DNA of 64,000 nucleotides from Bacillota bacterium (GTDB lineage: Bacteria > Bacillota > Dethiobacteria > DTU022 > PWGO01): NCBI GenBank assembly GCA_012518215.1, contig JAAYSV010000008.1:166452-230451 (forward strand), given 5' to 3'. The translations under genes were made by a program, and so were the position numbers. The notes under the pieces are model-generated. The model saw only the letters and a list, made by a program, of their open reading frames with translations, was not told where the DNA came from and made no database searches. Below are positions 36,590 to 45,573 of this stretch, one piece after another; the stretch's first letter is position 1; every line of letters starts with the position of its first letter.

Positions 36590-37975
36590 TCAGTTTACCA
36601 ATTCCTCTACACATTCCCCCACGACCCGGACATAGTGATCAACATCTTCTTCCGTGGTCACCGGAGAAACCAGAGCCATATCGTGTACCGGTGAAAGCAG
36701 GATGCCGCGGTTGGTGCAGTAAACATGAATCAGCGCCTCCAGCGGCCCGGTAAGGCCTTCGCTGATCAGATCAACCTCGTTGTATTCGACATCCATGAGC
36801 GTATCGATCCCCCGTCGAGGCGGTTCGGACAGGAAACGGAATTCAACCCGGCAACCGACACGGCCGACATACCAGGGAAGACTGTGCCGTTCAATGACCG
36901 CGGCAATGCCCTCTTCCATCTTCCGGGCCAGCGGAATCATGTGTGCAAACGATTCCTCGGTCAGAAGGTGATCCAGGGTGGCCTTGATTGCCGCCACCGC
37001 GGGGGGGTTGCCGGAAAGGGTGCCCCCGAAGCCAAAAAAGTTATGCCAGGGAACTCTTCGGGCAACCATCTCCGCAATTTCTCGCGAAAAACCAAGCACA
37101 GCGGCCGGATAGCCGCCGGCAATCAACTTGCCCAGTACGAAAATATCGGGTTCAAGGTTGAGTTCACCGGTCATCCCGGCCGGCCCCCCGCAGATAGAAT
37201 GGGTCTCGTCGATCAGGAGCAGGGTGCCGTATTTCCTCGTCAGGCTGCGCAGAGTCTCATGAAAACCCGGTTCGGGATGGATGATCCCCACGTTGGTCAT
37301 CACCGGCTCGGTGATGACACAGGCCACGTCGCGGGGCGAAAGAGCCTCTTCAAGTGCTTCAACATCATTGAACTCGACTATACGCGTCATCGTGGATGGA
37401 TCTTCAACCAGGGGGCCCATCAATCCGGGCATGTTCAACAAATTTCCGTAAAAGTCAACGACCAACGTCTCATCAACACTCCCATGATAGGAGGCGTTGA
37501 AGGCCAGGATCAGCCTGCGGCCGGTAAACTCGCGGGCCACCTTCAGCGCCATACGATTGGCATCCGATGCCGTCATCAACACTTGCCAGAAAGGCAGTCC
37601 GAACCGGCGTGACAGTTCTTTCCCGACTTCAATGCAACCTTCGTGAGGAAGCATCGTGGTGATACCCTTGCCCAGTTGTTCCGCAAGCGGGCCAATCAAG
37701 GCCGGGGGTGAATGGCCCAGCAAGGCCCCGGTATCTCCCAGGCAAAGGTCAAGGTAAGTATGCCCATCCACATCTACAAGTTTTGCCCCTTCTGCTTCGC
37801 GGACAAAAATGGGAAAACCACCCGGCCATATACGCATCCAGCTCATCGGCACTCCGCCAACATAATGATGGCATGCTTTCTCGTAAAGCTCCTTTGATTC
37901 TGGACGCTCCCTGGCATAACGCTCCTCTTCCCTGGCCAGAAGACCCTTTACCTTCTCAAGCGTGATTTCAGCCAT
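36590..37975 (-). CDS. Class-III aminotransferase (glutamate-1-semialdehyde aminomutase-like family member)
   Basis: 461 aa with PLP-fold motifs (FNASYHGSVDETL, LLLIDETHSI, catalytic Lys in FVLGKLIAGG). Confidence 0.85.
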   Translation of the reverse strand: MAEITLEKVKGLLAREEERYARERPESKELYEKACHHYVGGVPMSWMRIWPGGFPIFVREAEGAKLVDVDGHTYLDLCLGDTGALLGHSPPALIGPLAEQLGKGITTMLPHEGCIEVGKELSRRFGLPFWQVLMTASDANRMALKVAREFTGRRLILAFNASYHGSVDETLVVDFYGNLLNMPGLMGPLVEDPSTMTRIVEFNDVEALEEALSPRDVACVITEPVMTNVGIIHPEPGFHETLRSLTRKYGTLLLIDETHSICGGPAGMTGELNLEPDIFVLGKLIAGGYPAAVLGFSREIAEMVARRVPWHNFFGFGGTLSGNPPAVAAIKATLDHLLTEESFAHMIPLARKMEEGIAAVIERHSLPWYVGRVGCRVEFRFLSEPPRRGIDTLMDVEYNEVDLISEGLTGPLEALIHVYCTNRGILLSPVHDMALVSPVTTEEDVDHYVRVVGECVEELVN

Positions 37976-38113
37976 TGATCGATCCTCCCCTTCAATTATT
38001 TGTTACTATATGTATTCGTTCCCCCGTGTCGGATTCCCTCTATCCCGACAATTGCATCATCGTTGATGGAAATACAGAGCGACAAAAAGGTGCCTGCAGT
38101 ACATCAACGAACA

Positions 38114-38182
38114 AAATGTAAAATAGTATTGACATTTACACACGTCTGGTTCATAATGAAAATGTAAAACATGTTTTACATT
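38114..38182 (+). promoter_or_regulatory. Sigma-A promoter (TTGACA-17-CATAAT) flanked by three AATGTAAAA half-sites, including a 22-bp perfect palindrome AATGTAAAACATGTTTTACATT over the +1 region
   Basis: TTGACA at 38129-38134, 17-nt spacer, CATAAT at 38152-38157. The palindrome spans 38161-38182. An additional AATGTAAAAT lies at 38114-38123. This is a classic autoregulated XRE-repressor architecture. Confidence 0.5.
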
Positions 38183-38205
38183 ATCTTTACCCGGAGGGAA
38201 AGCAA

Positions 38206-38454
38206 ATGAAAAGATTTTTCAGGAAAATCGGCTTCCGCTACATGGATGAGATGGAAATGGAGATCATGTTCAGATCACTGCGGTGGGCTTTTATTTTTTC
38301 GGAGGCTGCGCTGCTGGCCCTGGTCATTTATGAATTGGTCACGACCGCTGAACTGGGTTGGCCCTTCGCCATCCTCCTGGGCCAGAACCTCGTTCTCCTG
38401 ATCACCAATCTGGTTTTGAACGGGAAGATGGGCGGTGGGGAAAATGCAGAATAA
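38206..38454 (+). CDS. Small membrane protein (two TM helices) encoded upstream of XRE regulator
   Basis: 82 aa with two hydrophobic helices (WAFIFSEAALLALVIYELV / WPFAILLGQNLVLLITNLVL). SD GGAGGG. Confidence 0.5.
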   Translation: MKRFFRKIGFRYMDEMEMEIMFRSLRWAFIFSEAALLALVIYELVTTAELGWPFAILLGQNLVLLITNLVLNGKMGGGENAE

Positions 38455-38638
38455 AATCAGAAAACTACGCAAGGAACTGGGTCTGCGACAGGAGGATCTG
38501 GCCCGGAAAACAGGTGTTACACGCCAGACGATCAACGCCATTGAAAATGATAAATACAATCCCACCCTGGTCCTGGCCATGAAACTGGCCCGGCTCCTCG
38601 ATACATCGGTCGAGGAACTTTTTCAGCTTGAAGAATGA
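38435..38638 (+). CDS. XRE-family (Cro/CI-type) helix-turn-helix transcriptional regulator, YozG-like
   Basis: LRKELGLRQEDLARKTGVTRQTINAIENDKYNPTLVLAMKLARLL is a canonical HTH_XRE. Alternative ATG at 38444. It overlaps the end of the upstream small ORF. Confidence 0.75.
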   Translation: MGKMQNKIRKLRKELGLRQEDLARKTGVTRQTINAIENDKYNPTLVLAMKLARLLDTSVEELFQLEE

Positions 38639-38741
38639 ACGGACCGACCCGTCCGGGCGGATTGATATCCGGACCTACCTCACGACCGATGCCCCGTACA
38701 TACATCCAAACATTCCCGTGAATTGGTAATCGAACGCCGCA

Positions 38742-38769
38742 GTACAAAGATGGCGAAGCCGTCTGGCTC
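38742..38769 (-). terminator. Hairpin (candidate terminator) 3' of the tRNA cluster
   Basis: GAUGGCGgAGCC-AGAC-GGCUuCGCCAUC, a 12-bp stem with 1 mismatch, followed by a weak U-tract UUUGUACU. Confidence 0.35.
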
Positions 38770-38780
38770 CGCCATCCGCA

Positions 38781-38855
38781 TGGTGGGCGATGTAGGATTT
38801 GAACCTACGACCCCCTGCTTGTAAGGCAGGTGCTCCCCCGCTGAGCTAATCGCCC
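38781..38855 (-). tRNA. tRNA-Val (anticodon TAC)
   Basis: GGGCGATTAGCTCAGCGGGGGAGCACCTGCCTTACAAGCAGGGGGTCGTAGGTTCAAATCCTACATCGCCCACCA. Confidence 0.9.
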
Positions 38856-38859
38856 GGAT

Positions 38860-38935
38860 TGGTGACCCCTAGGGGATTTGAACCCCTGCTGCCAGCTTGA
38901 AAGGCTGGTGTCCTAACCGATTAGACCAAGGGGCC
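38860..38935 (-). tRNA. tRNA-Glu (anticodon TTC)
   Basis: GGCCCCTTGGTCTAATCGGTTAGGACACCAGCCTTTCAAGCTGGCAGCAGGGGTTCAAATCCCCTAGGGGTCACCA. Confidence 0.9.
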
Positions 38936-38964
38936 GGCCATATCAACATTATTGTACAAATAGG

Positions 38965-39040
38965 TGGTGGGCCCACCAGGGCTCGAACCTGGGACCGACC
39001 GGTTATGAGCCGGCTGCTCTTCCGGCTGAGCTATGGGCCC
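38965..39040 (-). tRNA. tRNA with CAT anticodon (elongator Met or lysidine-modified Ile2; not initiator)
   Basis: GGGCCCATAGCTCAGCCGGAAGAGCAGCCGGCTCATAACCGGTCGGTCCCAGGTTCGAGCCCTGGTGGGCCCACCA. The anticodon loop CTCATAAC resembles Bacillus tRNA-Ile(LAU). It lacks the initiator 3xGC anticodon-stem signature. Confidence 0.8.
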
Positions 39041-39044
39041 ACAA

Positions 39045-39120
39045 TGGCACCCCAGGCAGGATTCGAACCTGCAACCTATCGGTTAACAGCCGATTGCTCT
39101 ACCGTTGAGCTACTGAGGTA
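39045..39120 (-). tRNA. tRNA-Asn (anticodon GTT)
   Basis: ACCTCAGTAGCTCAACGGTAGAGCAATCGGCTGTTAACCGATAGGTTGCAGGTTCGAATCCTGCCTGGGGTGCCA. The 5' end is +/-1 nt. Confidence 0.85.
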
Positions 39121-39224
39121 TGCCTTCACGCGCAAGTAATATTATACTTAATCGGGGGTACGAGGTCAAGCATCTGAATGGGCAATCAGAAAATAAGTTT
39201 GCCGCAGGCAATGGCAGGCCGGAT

Positions 39225-40373
39225 CTATTCAAGATAATCTTTCAAGCGCTTGCTGCGCATGGGGTGGCGAAGCTTTCTCAACGCCTTGGCCTCGATCTGC
39301 CGGATGCGCTCACGGGTCACCCCGAAGTAATGCCCCACCTCTTCCAGGGTACGTGAACGTCCATCATCCAGGCCGAAACGCAGGCGTAGCACTTTTTCCT
39401 CGCGGGGAGTCAACGTTTCCAGAACATCCTCGAGCTGCTCCTTGAGCAGTTCGAAAGCTGCCGCATCAGCCGGAGCACGGGCTTCCTGATCTTCAATAAA
39501 ATCACCCAGGTGGCTGTCATCTTCCTCCCCGATCGGTGTTTCCAGAGAAACCGGTTCCTGGGCAATTTTCAATATCTCCCGCACGCGCTCCGCACTTATA
39601 TCCATGACTTCGGCAATTTCCTCGGGAACCGGTTCCCGGCCAAGTTCCTGGACAAGTTGCCGGGAAGCACGGATAAGCTTGTTGATCGTTTCAACCATAT
39701 GGACGGGTATCCTGATCGTCCGGGCCTGATCGGCTATAGCTCTGGTTATGGCCTGGCGGATCCACCAGGTTGCATAGGTGCTGAACTTGTAACCCTTGCT
39801 GTAATCAAATTTCTCCACCGCTTTGATGAGCCCCAGATTGCCCTCCTGGATCAGATCGAGAAAGAGCATGCCCCGCCCCACATATTTTTTGGCAATGCTG
39901 ACCACGAGCCTCAGGTTCGCCTCTGCCAATTTTCTCTTTGCTTCCTCATCCTTCTGCTCGATTCTTTTGGCCAGCAACACTTCCTCCTCTGCAGAAAGCA
40001 GGGGTATCTTGCCTATTTCTTTCAGATACATCCGCACCGGATCGCTTACGCTTACACTGTCCTGCATTCCGGCGATCGCTTTTTTCACATTCGTTTTTTC
40101 GCCAGTTTCATCCTCATCATCTTCATCAGCCTTGTCATTGATCGAATCTTTATCATCGGTTTCCAGATCAAGCTCGGTATTTTCATCGATAACGTCGATC
40201 CCCAACTGCTCCAATTTATCGATAATGTCATCTATCGCTTCCACAGATAAATCAAAGAGTTGGAGGGTTTCCTCGATTTCTTTGTATGAAACCGTCCCGT
40301 TTTTCTTCCCCAGCCCGATCAATTCCTGCTGGGCTTCTTCAAGCGACACGGTTTTTCCCACGTTCTTGGCCAT
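39225..40373 (-). CDS. sigA: RNA polymerase primary sigma factor (sigma-70/SigA)
   Basis: 382 aa with acidic region 1 and regions 2-4 ([37 protein letters not shown]; ...[29 protein letters not shown]). SD AAGGGAGGG. Confidence 0.95.
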   Translation of the reverse strand: MAKNVGKTVSLEEAQQELIGLGKKNGTVSYKEIEETLQLFDLSVEAIDDIIDKLEQLGIDVIDENTELDLETDDKDSINDKADEDDEDETGEKTNVKKAIAGMQDSVSVSDPVRMYLKEIGKIPLLSAEEEVLLAKRIEQKDEEAKRKLAEANLRLVVSIAKKYVGRGMLFLDLIQEGNLGLIKAVEKFDYSKGYKFSTYATWWIRQAITRAIADQARTIRIPVHMVETINKLIRASRQLVQELGREPVPEEIAEVMDISAERVREILKIAQEPVSLETPIGEEDDSHLGDFIEDQEARAPADAAAFELLKEQLEDVLETLTPREEKVLRLRFGLDDGRSRTLEEVGHYFGVTRERIRQIEAKALRKLRHPMRSKRLKDYLE

Positions 40374-40375
40374 TG

Positions 40376-42220
40376 CTAACCCTCCCTTTTACCCTCACCA
40401 CAAAGCTCCTGCTCGGCCTGTTTTATGTTTTCCCATTCAGCCAGCAGCAGCCGGATCGTCTCGCCTTGCCCTCCCGCCAGTTCCATCTTTTTGATCTTCT
40501 TCTCTATCAGCGTGCGATCCTCGGCCATCTTTTTTATCTTTAGCCTATGTATACAATCATCAACTACCCTCATGATTTCCTCATCGGGAAACCCTTCCCA
40601 GGGGTTATCGAAACCTATGGATGCCACCAACCCGTACAGGGACTCATCGGAAAGATAATCACGCAATCTGTCGATTTTCAATTCCGAACCCATCTCATAA
40701 ATTTTACTACAGGCCGCAAAAATCTTTTCCATATTGTTGCTAAAAGAAATGTCTTTTCTTCTTTCTACGACCCGGTTAAAAACTCCTTCATCCACGAATA
40801 AAAGACTTAAAATAACTTTTTCGGCCGGATCGATTTCATTTGGCCGAATATACATAGTTTGTTCAATTTTTCCCAGATTATTACCCTTCCTCTCTTCTTT
40901 TCGCTGCTTTTGTGTAAATTTCTTGATTTCAGTCCTCAGGGCTCCCTCGGAAACATCCAATTCCTCGGCCATTTCTTTGATATATTCCTCTTTTTCCAGC
41001 CTGTTGTTGATCGAAACCAGCACCGGCATGGCCTCCTGAACGTAGCTCAACCTGTCTTCCATCCGATTCAGATCATATTTCTCCTTTATCTTGTTCAATC
41101 GATAAGCTGTCAGAGGCAACGCCGCATCCATCAATTTTTCGAAAGCGTCCCGGCCATTGCTGCGGATGAAACTGTCCGGGTCGGCTCCACTGGGGAGTGA
41201 AACCACCTTTACCGTACAACCCGATCTTTTCAATATGTCGAGGCCCCTCTCGGTTGCCGCTTCCCCGGCTGAATCCGCATCGTAGGCGATGACCACTTCC
41301 CGGGCCTGGGCTCTCAGCAGATGAGCCTGCATCTGTGTAAGTGCAGTTCCCAGGGAAGCAACAGTATTGGTGATTCCCTCCTGGTGAGTCAGGATCACAT
41401 CCGTGTAACCTTCCACCACCACCGCCTTCTTTTCTCTGCGTATCTCTTTCATCGCCTTCTCGATCCCATACAATACCCGGCGCTTGTTGAAAAGTTGTGT
41501 CCCCGGAGAATTGAGATATTTGGGATTTCTTTCATCTTCTTCAAGGCTCCGTCCGCCAAAACCGATCACCCGTTCACGATAATCAAAAATAGGGAAGATG
41601 ATCCTGTTTCTGAATCGATCGTAAAACCCCCCCGTTTTCTTGGCTACGACCAGACCTGCTTCCACCAGATCCCGGGGTTCATGCCCTCTTCTGACCGCCT
41701 CTTTCAGCAAGGTATCCCACCCCGGAAGGGCGAAACCGACCCCGAATGATTCCAGGGAAGACCTTTCAATTCCCCTGTTCTCGAGATACTGCAAGGCCTT
41801 CCTGCCGGCGGGTTTTTCCAGCAGAATATGTTGATAAAATTCCATTGCCATCCTGTTCAGGGAATACTGCATCGCCTTCTGTTTATCCGCGCGGTGCGAA
41901 AACCCTCCGGTTTTATCGGGTAAAACCACCCCGGCCCTTCTGGCCAGAAGAGACTTTGCCTCGGTGAAAGATATATTTTCCGTCTGCATTACAAAACTGA
42001 ATATATCCCCGGAGGCCCCGCAACCAAAGCAGTAATAAAGCTGTTTTTCCGGGGAGACAGAAAAAGAAGGTGTTTTCTCCTGGTGAAAGGGACACAACCC
42101 CACATAATTTTCCCCTCTTTTTTCCAGGCTTATCCGTTCGCCCACTATCTCCACCAGATCGCAACGGGACTTGATTTCTTCCACCTGGCTTCCGCTGAAC
42201 TTGCCCGACAAAATAATCAC
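40376..42220 (-). CDS. dnaG: DNA primase
   Basis: Zinc-ribbon [13 protein letters not shown]...[17 protein letters not shown] ([11 protein letters not shown]) and C-terminal helicase-binding domain. GTG start at 42220, or TTG at 42211 with the better SD. Confidence 0.9.
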   Translation of the reverse strand: MIILSGKFSGSQVEEIKSRCDLVEIVGERISLEKRGENYVGLCPFHQEKTPSFSVSPEKQLYYCFGCGASGDIFSFVMQTENISFTEAKSLLARRAGVVLPDKTGGFSHRADKQKAMQYSLNRMAMEFYQHILLEKPAGRKALQYLENRGIERSSLESFGVGFALPGWDTLLKEAVRRGHEPRDLVEAGLVVAKKTGGFYDRFRNRIIFPIFDYRERVIGFGGRSLEEDERNPKYLNSPGTQLFNKRRVLYGIEKAMKEIRREKKAVVVEGYTDVILTHQEGITNTVASLGTALTQMQAHLLRAQAREVVIAYDADSAGEAATERGLDILKRSGCTVKVVSLPSGADPDSFIRSNGRDAFEKLMDAALPLTAYRLNKIKEKYDLNRMEDRLSYVQEAMPVLVSINNRLEKEEYIKEMAEELDVSEGALRTEIKKFTQKQRKEERKGNNLGKIEQTMYIRPNEIDPAEKVILSLLFVDEGVFNRVVERRKDISFSNNMEKIFAACSKIYEMGSELKIDRLRDYLSDESLYGLVASIGFDNPWEGFPDEEIMRVVDDCIHRLKIKKMAEDRTLIEKKIKKMELAGGQGETIRLLLAEWENIKQAEQELCGEGKREG

Positions 42221-42556
42221 ACCTTCTTCGATTCAAACTTGCCATCACCGCATAAAAAAACCTCACTAACAGGAGGCGAGGTTGCAGGGTACCATGCTTT
42301 TACGGCATCAAAATTTTATGCCGCTCCCCCCTCCTCCGCAACAACATCCTCTGCTCGACATAAAAATCTATTTACAGACATTCTCTTTCTCTCCACGCTT
42401 TTGTAATAAAATTTATCGTGTATTATATTCTCTATTTCTTTACCATATCCTTCTTTTTTTTGATCTTTTGCTGGATGAAACATGACGGGAAATTTACGGG
42501 TATTTGTTGGATGGCATGATAATACTTTTTGTTAATATCTATTTTGGATTGTCAAA

Positions 42557-42586
42557 AATAATACCCGGTAATTACCGGGTATTATT
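42557..42586. terminator. 30-bp perfect palindrome AATAATACCCGGTAA|TTACCGGGTATTATT: terminator-like hairpin and possible protein-binding dyad
   Basis: Exact 15-bp inverted repeat with no spacer, flanked by T-runs on both strands, 34 nt after the stop of the 42620..44710 gene and upstream of the dnaG promoter region. Confidence 0.6.
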
Positions 42587-42619
42587 ACAAAATCATTATC
42601 TTTTTTCACGAACGGATCA

Positions 42620-44710
42620 TCATTTTTCCCCGGCCGCCGGGGCAAAAGCCTCCTCGGTTTCCTTGATTATATCCCTTACAGCCTGCTCAAAATTCCCAAC
42701 CCCCGCCTGGGAAAGAGTTGCAAATACCACTCTCTCCGGTGCAATGCCGATTTCACCCAGCACCTTCCTGGCCCTCTGCACCCGGCGTTCTCCCCAGAAG
42801 AAAGTATCACGGAAGGGGCAATCTCCATTATCCTCATCCTCGCATCCAACCACAACTACCCGCTCTGCCCCCGCTTCAAAAGCTTTCAATATGTGCAAAC
42901 TGTCAACCTTGGACACACAGGGGAAACGCACCACTCCCAGTTCGGTCTCCCTGTCCAGAATATATTTTTTCGTGAATTCAGGATCCGCATAGGCACCGTA
43001 CGCGCAACTGAAAACAACCACGGCCTCCTTGCCATCTTTCCCCCGGGAAACGGATTCAATCCGGGAAGCAGCCTGTTCGATATAATCGGAACGGAATTCA
43101 ATGGCTACAGCCGGGCAGATACCCATGCACAGGCCACAGGCCTGGCATTGTTCCTTGCGGATATTGATAACTCCCTCCTCATCAATTACAGGAACACCGT
43201 AGGGGCAGACCCTCAAACAAGTCAAGCAATTCACACACAATTCCTCGATGCGGCTGGCCCCAGCCAGGCATCCCAGGCATCGTTTAGCTTCCGTGAGAGC
43301 CTGCTGTCGGCTGAAGCAGCTTTCTACATGTTCGAAGTTGGAAACTCTGACTGCCGGATCGATCAGGACCATTTCCTGGCGTTCGCTTCTTTTCACTTCC
43401 CCGGCCACTTTCTCGTCCAGTTTCTCGGCTGGTTCCGGTTCCTCGACGGAATCGATCGTGAACGGTTGGCCCTCGAGATAGGCCATGATCGAAAGTGCGG
43501 CCCGACGGCCCGAAGCCATCGATTCCACCGCCGTTCCCGGGCCCGTTGCTACCTCCCCGCAGGCAAACACCCCTTCCTGGGAAGTGACAAAATTGTTGCG
43601 ATCATAAATCAGATTTCCCCTGGCATCGAGCTCGACCTCACCTTTCAGGGTATCCAGATCGGATCCCTGTCCCACGGCAAAAATGATGATGTCTCCTTCC
43701 AGATCGCCGGTACATTCTTCATTGTACTCCGGATTGAAACGGCCCTGGTCATCAAACACACACACACATTCTTTTATTTTGAGCCCTTTTATGTTATCTC
43801 CATCTTCCAGCACGGAAACCGGGCCGTTGGAACAGACAATTTCCACTCCTTCATCCCTGGCTTCCTCGATTTCCCATTCAAAGGCCGGCATTTCATCCTC
43901 GGCTTCCAGGCAGACGGCCTTGACTTTTTTGGCACCACAGCGTACCGCGGAGCGAGCCACATCCATGGCCACGTTGCCACCGCCGATGACGATCACCGTG
44001 GGATTGCCCTCGAACTGGAAACCATCCCGTTTGACCGCTTTCAGGAAAGGCAGCGCCTTCAGAACTTTGGGGTGTTCCACTCCGGGGATGGGAACGGTGC
44101 GGCTTTCCTGCAACCCCAGGGCAAGCAATATGGCCTTGTATCCGTTATTCTTCAATTCAGCGATCGATATATCCTTACCCAGCTCCACGCCATCCTTGAA
44201 TTCGATCCCCGCATCGCGGAATACATCGATATCACGATCGATTTCCTCGTCCGGGAGCCTGTACAACGGAATGTAATGCCTGACGGCTCCCCCCATGAGT
44301 TTTTCCCGATCAAAAACTGTAACCGTGCAACCCTGCATGGCCAGATCCCATGCCGCAACCAGGCCGCTCGGGCCACCGCCAATCACAGCAACTTTTTTCT
44401 CGGGATCGGGCTTGGGCATCTTCTCCAGCATTGCCTTCCCGTTTTCTACAGCAAACCGCTTTAACCCCCGTATGGAAAGAGGTTTATCGACATCATTTCG
44501 ACGACATTCTTCTTCGCAGTGATGAGCGCAGATCGTTCCACATATTGCAGGCAGGGGGTTTGTTTCCCTGATCTTGTCCAGAGCTTCATCAAAATTGCCA
44601 ATAGCTATGGAATAAATATATTCGCGGATACCCTGGTGGATAGGACAGGCCGCCTGACACGGAGGAACCAGAGCCTCATCAGTGGGCAGGTGTTGGGACA
44701 CTAATATCAC
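42620..44710 (-). CDS. Fusion oxidoreductase: GltD/NfnB-like NAD(P)H-binding flavoprotein (N-terminal Fe-S + FAD/NAD(P) Rossmann) - 2x[4Fe-4S] ferredoxin - C-terminal MvhD domain
   Basis: 696 aa. N-terminus: PPCQAACPIHQGIREYI...CGTICAHHCEEECRR; VAVIGGGPSGLVAAWDLA; second Rossmann VIVIGGGNVAMDVARSAVRCGA; CVNCLTCLRVCP and CQACGLCMGICP; C-terminal VVFSCAYGAYAD...RFPCVSKVD...VVVGCEDEDNGDCPF (MvhD signature). GTG start; alternative GTG 9 nt downstream. Confidence 0.8.
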   Translation of the reverse strand: MILVSQHLPTDEALVPPCQAACPIHQGIREYIYSIAIGNFDEALDKIRETNPLPAICGTICAHHCEEECRRNDVDKPLSIRGLKRFAVENGKAMLEKMPKPDPEKKVAVIGGGPSGLVAAWDLAMQGCTVTVFDREKLMGGAVRHYIPLYRLPDEEIDRDIDVFRDAGIEFKDGVELGKDISIAELKNNGYKAILLALGLQESRTVPIPGVEHPKVLKALPFLKAVKRDGFQFEGNPTVIVIGGGNVAMDVARSAVRCGAKKVKAVCLEAEDEMPAFEWEIEEARDEGVEIVCSNGPVSVLEDGDNIKGLKIKECVCVFDDQGRFNPEYNEECTGDLEGDIIIFAVGQGSDLDTLKGEVELDARGNLIYDRNNFVTSQEGVFACGEVATGPGTAVESMASGRRAALSIMAYLEGQPFTIDSVEEPEPAEKLDEKVAGEVKRSERQEMVLIDPAVRVSNFEHVESCFSRQQALTEAKRCLGCLAGASRIEELCVNCLTCLRVCPYGVPVIDEEGVINIRKEQCQACGLCMGICPAVAIEFRSDYIEQAASRIESVSRGKDGKEAVVVFSCAYGAYADPEFTKKYILDRETELGVVRFPCVSKVDSLHILKAFEAGAERVVVVGCEDEDNGDCPFRDTFFWGERRVQRARKVLGEIGIAPERVVFATLSQAGVGNFEQAVRDIIKETEEAFAPAAGEK

Positions 44711-44818
44711 TCCTTCTTCATATTTATGAACAATAATCTAATTATTCTATGCAACTGATGAATATTCCTGCAAATTATAAATATTTTTGACAAAATAGAG
44801 GAAATTCTCATTTTTGAA

Positions 44819-45430
44819 TCAGCAGATAAATTTCCCCTGGCGCAAAGAAGCCGTTGCCGTGGTCACCTGAACGATGCGCCGGGCCAGAACCAGGGCCCTT
44901 CCCAGAGCGGTACCATCTTCGGAAGACGGTTGTTGGGAACATACTCCATGATGGCCGGCATCGTTGTCAATATAACCATCGCCAACGATGATCATACCTT
45001 GCACGAGCATCATGTCAAACAACGCCTTCAAGGTGGTCTCCTGTCCGCCAAAACGCGCCCCGCCCGATGAAATTGCCCCACCGACCACGTTGATAAGCGC
45101 TTTCTCGGTACGTAACCGGCGTGATTTATCCCAGAAACATTTCAACTGGGAGGAAACCGTGCCAAAGTACACGGGGCTTCCCAGAATCAAAGCATCGGCC
45201 TTTCTCAGCTGATCGTAGGCTTGCGCCAGTGCGGAATCGCGGTAACATTTCCCCTCGCAGGGAGAAGAGCAAGCCCGGCAATACGGGAATTTCTGCTCCT
45301 TGATGATTTCCTGTATATAAAGAAGTTTTGTTTCACAGCCGTTCTCTTTTGCTTCATGGAGAACAGCCTCCAGAAGATGGGCGGTGTTACCATGGCGGTG
45401 TGGGCTGCCGTTGAGTGCCAGTATGTACAT
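44819..45430 (-). CDS. Iron-sulfur flavoprotein (Isf-like NADPH-dependent FMN reductase fold with compact Cys cluster)
   Basis: MYILALNGSPHRHGNTAHLL... is flavodoxin-like. Compact cluster motif CRACSSPCEGKC. SD GAAGGGGAGAG. Confidence 0.75.
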   Translation of the reverse strand: MYILALNGSPHRHGNTAHLLEAVLHEAKENGCETKLLYIQEIIKEQKFPYCRACSSPCEGKCYRDSALAQAYDQLRKADALILGSPVYFGTVSSQLKCFWDKSRRLRTEKALINVVGGAISSGGARFGGQETTLKALFDMMLVQGMIIVGDGYIDNDAGHHGVCSQQPSSEDGTALGRALVLARRIVQVTTATASLRQGKFIC

Positions 45431-45573
45431 GCTCGTCTCTCCCCTTCAAATACAAAATACCGTTGAAATTGCTGTATACATATAATATCATTGTTGGTGT
45501 TTATGGTAAATACTGCGGGGTATGATATGCCAACGGTCAAATTGGTATAATAATTCCTGGGAGGTCGATTGAA

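Noticed and set aside
42893-44464. 523-aa plus-strand ORF
   Set aside because: Antisense to the GltD-ferredoxin-MvhD fusion gene.
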